Shown here: in pieces, positions 35,342 to 46,995 of the stretch | Numbering within the stretch: position 1 is the first letter of the stretch | Layout: each line of letters opens with the position of its first letter | Assembly (NCBI GenBank): GCA_046563655.1 | Contig: CM102289.1 | Span: forward strand, 5,146,001 to 5,210,000 | DNA length: 64,000 nucleotides | Direction: 5' to 3' | DNA from: Yuukianura sp. NJ FZ-2021 | Lineage: Eukaryota | Notes under the pieces: model-generated | The model's database searches: none | Seen by the model: only the letters and a program-made list of their open reading frames with translations | Told to the model about the DNA's origin: nothing | Position numbers and translations under genes: made by a program

Positions 35342-35893
35342 AGCGTTGCGTATTCGTACCAGCACTACGTTAACCAACCTACGATCGATTCACTTTAATT
35401 AACTATGAAGATGATGATGAACTACGACTGTATGTAAGACTGGAAGAAAGTTAAAGTGCTAATCAAAATCGAAATACACAGCTGATTGAAGGGTACGTGC
35501 CTCTTGTCACTTTCACCCCCTATTGGTACACTAGCCGGGCAAGGGGCAACCCTACGAAGAAGAACAAAAGGAGGGAAACAGCAACAGCAGTCGATGATTT
35601 TAGATACGAATACGATCAGATCAGCCGCAGTTGGCTTGGCAGGCAGCCGAAGGAGCCGACTTGAGTATAACTTAAAACTTCTTCGAGTGAGTGTAAAGTG
35701 CGTGTAATAAATTGGATTCGGGATCTTTTTCTTTGATAAACCACTTTGTCGTCGGAAGGGAATGTGCATATTACATAATTCACACTTATGACGGTGACAA
35801 CAACGATAGCGGGCAAGGTGCCATCATCTGTTTGAAAGACTGCAAGTGGATTGGCTAAAGATAATTGAAATTAGATAAAGTTAAGGTGTGAAG
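35342..35893. promoter_or_regulatory. Probable bidirectional promoter/5' UTR region shared by LIG4 and MBD2/3
   Basis: The divergent start codons are only about 550 bp apart. Promoter function is inferred from geometry alone. Confidence 0.5.
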
Positions 35894-37270
35894 ATGGACA
35901 GACGGGGAATGGTAATGGGACAACCACTTCCAACTCACCTCATCCCAGAAACACCAATTAACTCCTGTGACCCAGTTCAGAACAGTCTCACCCTCCCGCC
36001 TGGCTGGAAGCGACAGGAAAACGTACGACCCACTGGACTCTCTGCGGGAAGAGTAGATGTAAACTGATCACAAATAATACTTTAACTTTCTGTCACTAAA
36101 CTTGCGTTATGCTAATATTCATAATGTATTTGTTTACAATTAACAGGTGTACTACGTCAGTCCTGACGGCAAAAAGTTTTGGACAAAGCCACAGTTAGCG
36201 AGGTACTTTGGAGATTCCGTGGATTTGGCCAATTTCGATTTCCAATCTGGACGATTTGTACAACCGCTAACAGGAAGTCTCAAGCGATCAAGGTTAAATT
36301 CATCTGCCATTGAGTACAGGTATTGCAATAACGCATCCAAAAATTAACTGCTAGATTGGATTAATATCACGTTTTCATTTATAGCACAATGAAGACTGAT
36401 ACAAGTCTGCTGCCCCCCATCCGACAAACGGCGTCCATTTTTAAACAGCCGGTGACTGTGGTTAAGACGCAAAAGAGTCGAGTGAAAATGGATTTCAAAC
36501 ATGGAGTGCAAGAAAGCCCACGACAGGTACTTTTGAGACACTAATAAACTGAATTGGATTAAGTATAATATTACGTAATCATTAACATTAATAATTTGTT
36601 GGCAGTTAATTTATGGTCGATTCACTTTAATTACAGCTGTTTTGGGAAAAACGTCTTCAAGGGCTCAGGGCCTCTGACCCCTCAGGATCTGTTCTGTCAC
36701 CGTCTGAACTTCCGCAAGGAATTGTACCAGCCGGACCTCACATTGACCCTGACACTGTACTTCACTCTATTGCGACGGCCCTGCATTTGGCAACTCACCC
36801 CATCACTGGTCAATCTGGCGACCGAGCGTCAATTGATTCAAATCCTGGTGTTTACATCAACCCAGATCAACCATTAATTCATGTAACAAATTCGCCGTTG
36901 ACTTATCATCACTGACAAGAATCATTTCTGAACAATCTTTATCTTGCTAAAATCATAGGAAATCGCTGTCAGCGAAGATGACATCCGTGCACAGGAGGAG
37001 AGAGTTGGTTTTGCTCGAAAGAAATTGGAAGAGGCTTTGCTGATGTTCTACCCCGGGTCCATTACCCGAACTGACCGTGACATCGTCACTGATCAAGACA
37101 CTGAAACCTGCAATGTCGCTGGTAAAGACAGCTACGGCACAAAATCTGATACCAGCGGCGGCGCGGGAACCATCCGTTCCACATCGAATCCTCAAAAGAA
37201 ATTGAAGCTGTGTCAACCGAGTGGTCAGACTTTGGTAGCGCCTTCATTTGGTCATTCCCAGCAGCGCTAA
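35894..37270 (+). CDS. MBD2/3: Methyl-CpG-binding domain protein MBD2/3 (NuRD subunit), 5 coding exons
   Basis: LPPGWKRQENVRPTGLSAGRVD|VYYVSPDGKKFWTKPQLARYFGDSVDLANFDFQSG, PPIRQTASIFKQPVT, PRQ|LFWEKRLQG, NPGVYINPDQPL and the coiled coil VSEDDIRAQEERVGFARKKLEEAL. Confidence 0.96.
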
Positions 37271-38613
37271 GTGAGTTAACTTTTAGTTTTTTAAACTGAT
37301 CAAAAAGCTTGTATTATTTTTGAATAATAATTTCTGTTCTTCTCTTCAGTAAAGCATCACAGTACCCAAAATCCACTTCCGAAGAGTTTCAATATCAACA
37401 CTTCTCAAGTAAACTAAAAATGAAGTCCGAAGCCCTTCGTAACTCACTTCAAATCAATCCTATTCGTAGTCGCGTACGATTTGAAGCAAGTGGATCGAAT
37501 TCGCGTTAGTACCCGTAATTATAAGTTAATAATTAGCTTTCGCCGACTCTTGTCAACTCTTAACCACGCCCCCATTTTGATTTTTGTACACGACTATCTT
37601 ATTCTACAATTTTGTATTTGAGTTGTTAGTTTTTATGTGACGTTTAGCCTTTAGACTTTGTTGTAAAACAATGTTCACTCCAATCTAAAAGTATTCTGCG
37701 CAGTTTTAATCATTCTACTTATTATCAACAACATATGACTCCGAAGACAACCACAGCCTGATCTTGTAATTAGTTGTACTAAATTTTGATTTAAAACATG
37801 TTTTGTATTCTAAAACAAAAGCGGTTTAGGTGAATGTGATTTTAGGGTTGATGATGCTGCTACGATGCCGTTGTCTTCGGCGAAAGCAGAGGAATGGCCT
37901 ACATTGGTGGTTTGGGTTATTGGATGCACGGGTCTTGGACTCGTACGGAGTGCTTGGATACGAAGTGAAAGGTTCCTCTGCTGTTGATTTGGTTTTGGTG
38001 GAAGAATTGAGGGCGAAGTTGTGTTTTGTGAATGGAAGTTTGCATTGTACTCTCTGCACCTCGTACAATCCCCGTGCAAGTGGCGCTCAACATTCCGTTC
38101 TAAGGTCACACAGACCTTGAGTCGCAGCAGCAGAACTGCCAAAGGGGCGGAGCCAACTACCGACACACCCACCCACCACACAACTATACCGTATGATTTA
38201 TTGCAATTTCTGTTTACAGATAAATAAATGCTACAGTAAATATTAATATATTTAAATAAACTAATACTTTAATTAAAGTTGACACTGTTGTTGAGTGTAG
38301 CTTGTTTTAGTAGTGAAGTAGATTAAATGTGAACTTTTAAATAGGAATTTTTTAATTTCCGGCTGCTTTCTGCCTCGCACTCTTCTCCCTCGCTTCGTGT
38401 CGATCTGCGATATAAAAATGAAGTAGTTTTCGTAACTTTTTTTTTCTTTTTTGCCTTTTTGCGTTGTAAGGTTGATGTAAAAAGGGTGAAGAAGCGCAGT
38501 CGTAAAGTATTTGGAGGGAATTTTACAGATTGTAAAAAGTGTTAAATTTAACATTGAAAGTTTGCGAGTTCGAGTTACGAGAGTTTTACTGCGATTCGGG
38601 AAAGGTTTTGATA

Positions 38614-39218
38614 ATGGCGAAAGCGAAAAAATTGAAAATACGAGGAGACGAATTTGCAGAGAGAATCAATTACTTGGCTCAGGTAAAAGTTTTCAACTAA
38701 TAAGTTAAAAAATCGTTATCGTGGTTGGTAAGTATTGTAATCGTAGTTTTACGTTTTAACAGATATCCGAGACAGTCGGCGTCAAGTATCCTGAGCTTGC
38801 CAGACACTATGGGAAGGTGCTCACGACAATTTCGGAGAAAACACTGGCTAAACTGTAAGCATTTGCGTGAATTTTGCAACACTAAAGCTTGACCTAATTC
38901 ACCAGTGCGATGTACTTCTTCTGTTGATTTCAGGGACTTTACACTAAAGCGATCAATGTGCAAGAAATGCCACAGTCCACTACTCATGCCTGGAGCCAAC
39001 GTAAGATACAGACTGAAGCGCAGAAGAGGTCGGAAAGGACGTCCTACACAGGTAAAGTCAACGTAAAGATTCTTGATTGAATCGATTAAGGAATTATTTA
39101 TCCGGATTCCCTTAATTTACAGATCATAACTTGTATGCAATGTGGAACAATCAAGAGGTTCCCTACAAACCCAAACTACAAGTTGAAAGCAGAAACTGCT
39201 GGGGAAATCATATCATAA
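38614..39218 (+). CDS. RPP21: Ribonuclease P protein subunit p21 (Rpr2/Rpp21 family), 4 exons; absent from the ORF track
   Basis: Exons 38614-38682, 38763-38854, 38934-39051 and 39123-39218 splice in phase to ...ERINYLAQ...LARHYG...LKRSMCKKCHSPLLMPG...ITCMQCGTIKRFP, the Rpp21 zinc ribbon. Confidence 0.92.
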
Positions 39219-39519
39219 CAGAACAGAATCTGTAAAAATTGACAATGAAATAATCTATTCGCGTACCGAATTCATGCGGATAACAATGTCGGGTTTTAAT
39301 ATTGATTTACATTTAAGGTTGGCATCATGGAATAATTCCAGTTCGATAATGGCACTCCGTGTGTGCTCGACTTTGTCGTCATGATTGCAAAACAGATTGA
39401 CAAGAAACGTTTAAGAAGACTCTTTACAGGAGGGTTCTCGTAGGAAGGTGATCGAAACGGGAAGTGAAATAAGTTAACATAAAGAAATGAAAATCATGGC
39501 GGTATTTAGTAGTGTGGAA

Positions 39520-41723
39520 CTAAAGCGTTTCTGGACTAAGGTTCTCATCAGATCTTTGATCGATTTGACTCTCTTGTTCAGTTCTATTCGCGTGTCTTCC
39601 CTTGGAAAACATGATTGCCTCTTCCTTGAGCCTCTCGAAACAGTCATTCATGTAATGGAACTGCAAAATAAAACTTTTACTATAATACTACTCGATTCCT
39701 TAACTTTTCGATTGTTGTCAACGTTCTTACATAGTTTGTGTAGATTCGAACCCAACGTGCAGGTTTGTCTGGTCGCTGATACTGGAATGCAAAGACCATT
39801 CCTTCGTCATCCACATCCCACTGTATAATGGATGACCAACTGAATGTGATCACTTGCGACTGGAAGCGAAATTATTTTTATATGAAGGCTTTCGTAAACA
39901 TGAGATCAGCAAATTGGTCTTACTTCAAGTGTTCCGTCCTCTTGGCAAGCGTGGAGCTCAAAACACGACGTGGAAATTGTGGCGATGACATGACCTTCCT
40001 TCCTTGAATCGCATGCGCAGTGCGGAAACACAATTCCACCGTATCCCTCGAGTTCTCTCGCTAATTTTAAGTACTCGTGCTTCCGTGTAGCATCCTGCAG
40101 GGCTTTCAGCTGGTAGAGTCTATCACCACATTTTATATGACCACGGTTAACGTCATCCACCGCCTGAAATTGAAAACGAATCGGATACGTTAGCTTATCC
40201 TGGATAATAAAGTCGACTATTAAAGGTATTCTGAAATACTGAACAAGTTTACCTGCCAAAAGAAATAGGTAGTCGCCTGTTCATCATGGGCAAGAGTCAG
40301 TTCCCTAGCAACTATGAATAGCCATTTTCTCAAGCAAATGCACGTTGATGTGGCTGTGCTGTAATTTTGAATGTACAGATTGTGTGGGAATTCGTTTGGA
40401 GCCAATTTCCGTTCTGGAAAGTAAATAACAATGCTAGTAAAGATCAGGAACTCCCCGACTATATTCAAGAAGCAATGGAAGAATGTAACTTACCAAAGTT
40501 GTATTCAACAATTTCGAAGAGAGCGAAGTAACGAAATGCTTCATCGCTCAACCCAATTTTCTGAGCAAGCGCATAATAAACTTCCTCTGTGTTGGCATTT
40601 TTTGGAACATTTACAGAAACAACTTCACGATCCGGCAAGAGAATTTTTAAATCTATTTTGTTCCTTGAACTCTGCGAAGAAGTAAAAATGAGATGTTAGT
40701 AATAAGTTGTTTCGAAATGACAAAGTAAGTAATCAGGCATTTTACCTGGTCATCATCTGTGAGAAACACTTGCATTATTTCATGTTCAGCGATTACGCGA
40801 ACGGCACACACCCTCTCCAAGTATTGCTCCAGTGTTCGTCGGCGACTGTCCAGTTGCTGTTCATTGAGACTGTACAATGAAAAAAAATTGTTTGGTAGAG
40901 TGTAAGAACTTAGTTAGTAGTCTTTTGTGTCATATTAAACTCACGCAAAGGGCCATTTGCTTGGTAATTTTGGAAAAGTAAATCCTGTGAACTCCTTTTT
41001 GAGACTCAAGTTGAGATTAGAAAACTCGCGATATCTTCTAGCACAGAGCTGCCTGCCTGCCATGTAAATATTATACACGACGTAGCGCTCTCCAGTCAAA
41101 TCGTTATACTTGTATTCGTAATCCGGTATGGAGATTGGAAGCGATCGTTTCTCACTGTAGTCATAAGATGGAAACGTTGTAGTTTCTTCGTTTGGCTCGA
41201 GTCTATCCGCTTCCTTAACAAACAGATTTATGAGTAAAAAGTCAGTTGAAATTGAAAGTTGTTAATTAACGGCAACAGTTTAAGAAGCGAAATGTTACTT
41301 GTTGAGAAACAGAAATAACAGTTAGTGTCAGCACGTCTCCTCCAGATTTGATAAGATCGACTACTTGTCGATGGGTAGCTCCTTCTACATTGACTCCATT
41401 TCTACATTAAAGAACCATACAATATCAATCTCAAGGTCACACGAACATGCAGTTAGCTAATAGCTAAGTTACTTCAAACTTCATATTGAAAAATCATACA
41501 CTTCTAAAATCCTGTCCGCTTTTTTGAGTCCAGCGACCTCAGCTGCTCCACCTTCAAGAACAGCACTGACATGTTGCAATGGTGCATAGAGTTCCCCGTT
41601 GATACTCTTCAATTGGCCACCCTCACTGACTTGACCTCTTACATTGAATCCAAAGCCTGTATCGGTCTTGACAATCTTCACCACACGAGGAGCAAAACGA
41701 TTGTCGTTATCGACATTGCTCAT
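39520..41723 (-). CDS. SNX27: Sorting nexin 27 (PDZ-PX-FERM-like)
   Basis: [58 protein letters not shown]...[13 protein letters not shown]-like [16 protein letters not shown] and [14 protein letters not shown]. Stop at 39520-39522. Confidence 0.97.
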
Positions 41724-42595
41724 GCTGAGATAGGTAAGTAATCCTTTGAAAGTCAGATCTTTATTTCGAACACCGATTCCGAACACAGAACTATCTGGAA
41801 CATCACAAATTGAGCAATGTTAATTTCCGGTAAGCAATTTAGTTGATCTGATTTTATTCAAATGCAGGGAAAGGAAAATCGGTGCATCGTCTTACCAGAA
41901 AACCAGATCAGATTGTCGTCAGTTTTCCTTCTCTTTGACCACGCACTCCCAGGAAGGAACTAACCATTACCATACAACCGCAATTCAAGACCTGTCAATT
42001 ACTTTATACAATTAACTACTTTCCTCACCTAATTTACGTGCTTCTTCCTTCTTGAGTAATGAAACGTTGAAAATTGACAATTGACTGACAAGCTAAATGG
42101 AGTGGGAGGAAGGAATCGGATCGGAGGAGGGAGTAACTTTTGAACGAAGAAAAAAAAATAAAGTTTTTAAGAAGTCTTCTTGAAACTTCCCACCTCAAAT
42201 TTCGCAAGACTTTCTCTCATCTTTTGCGTTTCACAGTAAAGTGAAAGCATTTTCTTGGTTGGTGCATCAGGTCAAAGGTCATCGTAACAAGTTTCATATT
42301 CTCATGTGAAGATCGATCAAGGCTGAAAAACAAGTTTTAACAATTAATCATATCTTTTACGAACAAAATACAAAAGTGCATAAATAATTTCACCAAAACT
42401 CTTGAATTTGTTTGTCAATTCATCACTTGGAACTTTTGTATCCAAACAATTGTTTCACCACAATTTGCTACATTTGTGATCAATTGCATATTGTTCATTT
42501 TTTTTTTCGCAAGAATTGTCAAATTTTAGTCGGAAATGGTTTCCAACTATCAATAGTTTGACGTCTGTTGTGCTTTGACGTTTCCTACCCACGCG

Positions 42596-42603
42596 TATAT
42601 ATA
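42596..42603 (+). promoter_or_regulatory. TATA box candidate for the astacin gene
   Basis: TATATATA(A) about 65 bp upstream of ATG 42665. Confidence 0.5.
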
Positions 42604-42664
42604 AGGTAAGACTTTGTAATTCTAAATCATTAACTGCAAGTGTAAAACTATTCTGCTTAACAAA

Positions 42665-44217
42665 ATGTCAAAGGTCACTTTCTTTATAATTCTTGTCACT
42701 CTGGCTCTAGTAGCCTCATACCCATCTCCAGGTACAAATAGCTTAATATTTTATGACAGTTTTACAATTTCTTAACCAAAATTGTTATTTTTTTTTATTT
42801 TTCTATTTTTTTCAAGATCCGAATCCGGATGATTCTCCAGCTTCATTGCAATCCGTCATTGAGAAAGGAACGGAAGCTTCTCAGCTCATTAGCCTCAGCA
42901 CTTTCAATGAAATTGAAAACCGTAACACAGCATAACCTTATTGAAGAATGCTTTCGTTTCTTTTCATTTTGAATTCATTTTCTAAAATTGAAAAACAGAG
43001 CCGGTTGATTACACTAAAGCCAAAACGTCTTGCACCATTCCAAATGAGGAGCATAGTATCCATAACGGAATTACGGATCCCAACGCTAGATGGTACAAAC
43101 TTCAAGACGGAAGAACCGCTGTGCTTACCCACATTCGCCCAGACTTCAGTAAATACATCTTAACTTATTAATATATATAACATCTTATAACATACATATT
43201 TAGGTTAGGTAATTAAACGTAACTTTTAATTACTCATCCAGCCCAGGAGGAACGTAACATTGTGATTACCGCCATGAATGAAATCATGCAATCGACGTGC
43301 ATTGTATTCTACGTTTACAACAACCCCAACGACGTTAACGGATGGGACTGGGTAGACATTACAAGGACTTCAGAAGGTTGCTTCTCTACTGCAATTGGAC
43401 GAGCGAGACAAGGCCGTCAGGTCAGTTACCTAAAATTTGAAACTTTTAAAAATTTCAATTAAAAATTAAGAATTTGTTTTACAATTTGAATGTAGCAAGT
43501 GAACCTCCAACCAACCGACAGTCAGGGCTTGACTTGCATGATCAAGGGAATTGCTGTCCACGAACTTCTACATGCAATGGGATTCTTTCATCAGCAAAAC
43601 ACCCCAGGACGAAACAATTACGTTAGAATTAATTGGGACAATATGATCCAGAGTAAGAAATTTTTTAAAAAGCGCAAAAATCTGAAGAAAGGCGTAAAGA
43701 AATCGCTTTTATGTGAAAAGACAGCTAAATTGAAAGAAAAGCAGAGAAAATTGAATTGAATAAGCCAATGAAGGCAAAATGGAAAGGAGAAGAATTCACA
43801 TTACGAAACTTAAGAATTTAATTTCCACTTCAGATTTTGCTCGACGCCTGCGCATGAACCGATTCACTTTTTAAAAAGCTCAGCAATTTTTTACAACAGT
43901 TCTTATTGTTTTTAGCCGACAATGTACGATATCAATTCCAAGAAATTAGTCCTTCAGATCGAGCCACCGAGTATGGAGCCCCTTATGACTATGGAAGCAT
44001 TATGCACTACGACAAATATGCCTTTACCAGAAATGGTCTTGAAACCATTACCACCCTGGTAACTAAATCAAAATATCTATCTATCTTTTAGTTTGTTAAA
44101 CAATTATTATGCTATTTTATATTCAATTTTTTTTAGAATGGAGCTGAAATTGGGCAGAGAGACCAGATCAGTTATTGGGACGTCTACAAAGTTAACCAAA
44201 TGTATCAATGCCAATAG
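42665..44217 (+). CDS. Secreted astacin-family (M12A) zinc metalloprotease, single catalytic domain, about 7 exons
   Basis: Signal peptide MSKVTFFIILVTLALVASYP, NGITDPNARW, zinc motif HELLHAMGFFH, Met-turn YDYGSIMHY and IGQR...KVNQMYQC*. AATAAA at about 44243. Confidence 0.93.
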
Positions 44218-46131
44218 TTAAAAAACATTGCTATGCTGGTTAAATAAACCCAATGTGTGTAGCATCAATCATTGAACAAAAAAAAACTCAATGTTTTTGT
44301 AAATGAAAATCATTCATAGAATTTTTAAAAGTACCTACGAAGCGGAGTCATGTTGAGTTACATGACTGATTTATCATAAGTTCAGGTCTTGTCAAAACTT
44401 TTCAAATTTCTCCCTCATGTTATTTGTCAAAACCAATTTATAAGAGTTATTAGTAGCATAAGTAGTACTGCAAGCAATTTTAGTTTTAGAATTAATCAAC
44501 GTTCAAAATCTTCTGATTGCAGCATTAATTTGACTATTGATTAATTGATTCTCATTTTACACAAGTTTAAGTCAGCCGATAGCCAATTTTCACTTTCCTC
44601 AATTTCTCTTGTCTAAAAAAAACCTTTTGCCGTTCTTGTCTGCTAAAGCCTGATTGGATTTCATTCTCGGAAAGCCAAAAGAAGGACGACGAATCTCGGG
44701 TTGCTCGTAATCCAATAACAAGAGACGCACCAGGAACATCTTCGTTCTAAAGTTCCATGTCGAGTGTAAGAAGATCCAGGAAGTGACTTTGGGAGAAGCA
44801 TTTAGGTTGTGGAGGGAAAGTGAAAGTTAATCTCAAAGTTATTTGAAACTGAGCTCCCTCATGGTCAACACACCATTGGCACCAAAATAATTAATTGATT
44901 CGTGGAAAGATTACGGAATCGGGAAAGTGCGCCAAATTCACTTTTTCTCCTCTTCCCTGCACTTTTAGCTTTCCGAACATCCCAGCTTCCTCTCCCTGCT
45001 GGTGGGCAGTGGGATTAGGATTTCACTTTCTGTTCAAACTCACTGAAAAGATAACGCTTTTCCTGGTGCACTTTTCAATTACCAACTTTCAACTTAACCT
45101 ACCACAAAACCTAACTTGACGAGCGGGTTCGATCAAACTTTACAGGAATGTAGCAAAAACAGAGAAAAGCAAAAAAAAAGGTGAAAGTTTGGTTGGGAGC
45201 ATTTTGTTTTTAGCAAATTTCTGCAAAACTAAAGTTTCAACTTTTGGTTGTAAAGTTAAAGTGTGTCTTAGGTTTTTCTAAGCATAAGGTTTGGAAAGAG
45301 GGAAAAGAAAAGTGAAAGTTAGGTTGGTGTTGAATAGGATTAAGTCAACTTCTTCACAGTTTGGCTTTCCTTTCTCTAAGGTTAGGTTTCGGTAGGTTTT
45401 GGGTGAAAAGGGAAAGTTGAATAGGAGAGACTTGAGGAGTTGAAAGTTGAGGAAAGCGGAAATTTCTCGTTTGCCGTTAAGTAGCTTATGCTTAGGTTTT
45501 GATCTTCTATAACTTTCACTTTCTTTGTTACGCAATCCTCCTTTTTGGTGCACGCAAAAGACAGGGAGCAGACTGGCGGAAAACAAAAATAGAAAAATCC
45601 TCTGGTTCTCCATATCGCTTTCTCCCTGAAATTCATTGTTTACGAGAAGCCACAACACGCACTTATACGGCCTTCCGCGCTCTTCCATAAACAGAGTTCA
45701 ACTAATTACCAAAACAAAAAATATGCTACAGCTCAACTTTCCTTTTCATGTTTCTGTTTCGTTACCAAGTTTCTAAAGTTTCTCTACCTGCGAATTTTCT
45801 GCAAACTAATGACTGATAGGCGGCAAAATAAAACTTTCAGTATAAACATCGTTCGGAGTCGGACATACCAAAATCTGCGTTCAGTAGTTTGACCATTGTA
45901 CACTTGGTATAAACTTCTTTATGTACAAAGATGAAAGCGCAAAAGAAAAACAAAAACAAACTCAGGTCCGATGATCCTTTGGCAAAATTTAACTCTAAAA
46001 GCATTATATAACATACTTAACTTTAATTACTATTTCTATTTTTTTTCGTATTACGTGAATTATTGTTTCATAGCATCCACTCGTAAACTACTTGACTTGC
46101 GTCGCAAGTTTGTGGCGCTTCATCATCCGCG

Positions 46132-46995
46132 TCAAGGAGTCCTATTGAACAAAAAAGCTTTTGCAGCACGCAACCTTAGTCCGAATTGATTAAGGTTTAA
46201 TATGGGATTTTTCTTACGAATTTCTTCTAACGGTGCGTTGCTACAACGCTGGCAAGGTTCACCTTGAACTTCATTTTCAGATTCATTTTGGGAGTCGGGA
46301 TCACCTTGTGCGGCTGAATTTCGGCTAGAAGTTGCAGCGGCGGCGCTCGCCGCAAATGCTGCACCAGCGGCCGCACCAGCCGCTGCCACCCCCGCTCGTG
46401 TTATAGGAGCCAATCCTTTTACTCCAGCGCTTTGAAGCGAAGCAAACAAGCTACGTCGAGCAACTAATCCAATCGAAGACTGCCAACCCGCTGCCACTGA
46501 TCCAGCTACAACTCCTCCTGCACCAAATCCCGCCGCTGCGATCACGATTGGGGCAGCCACAACCGCCCCGACAGCGCCAATTGTTGCCCCGACTGCCACT
46601 TTTTTCTTTGTCGACCAACCTGAAGACCCTGTGCTTTCGGCGTCGGGATTGCACTTGCCACTACAACTAGCCGGTTCTGACTCAGAATTTGCAACACCTT
46701 TAGAGTCTTCAGCTTCAGAAGTAACTAAAGCACTCGAGGCTGCAAGCGTAGTTGTTTGCGTAGTACTTGCTGCAGATTCAGTATCTGAAACTCCAGGCGT
46801 TGATGCTAAATAATTTCAAAATAGATTATGAGGTTTAATATATGTCTGTTTACTGAAATATGCTAGCTTACATTGTAAAAAGTCGGATGGGACTGTTTGT
46901 GTCCCGACACTAAGACGACGACGAGGCGTGGCTCCACTTGCGGTTGATCTGCCGCTAGATTCTACAATTCTATTTTGATTGGGCTGGTTATTCAT
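46132..46995 (-). CDS. IFI6/IFI27 (ISG12-motif)-like small membrane protein, 2 exons
   Basis: Exon 46995-46872 splices in phase to 46805-46132. Contains AGFGAGGVVAGSVAAGWQSSIGLVARRSLFASLQSAG, matching the ISG12 motif GFxxxGIxAGSxAA...SLxAxLQSxG. Confidence 0.8.

Noticed and set aside
35409..35486. ATGATGA...CTGA resembling a C/D-box snoRNA
   Set aside because: No terminal stem or recognisable rRNA guide, and the C box is part of a (GAT)n run.
37810..38227. Overlapping ORFs on both strands downstream of MBD2/3
   Set aside because: No domain similarity or splice support, and the stretch ends at AATAAA. More likely 3' UTR.
27726..39218. tRNA, coilin and RPP21 as a functional RNA-processing cluster
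   Set aside because: They are interleaved with unrelated LIG4 and MBD2/3 in mixed orientation. Ordinary housekeeping gene density explains it.
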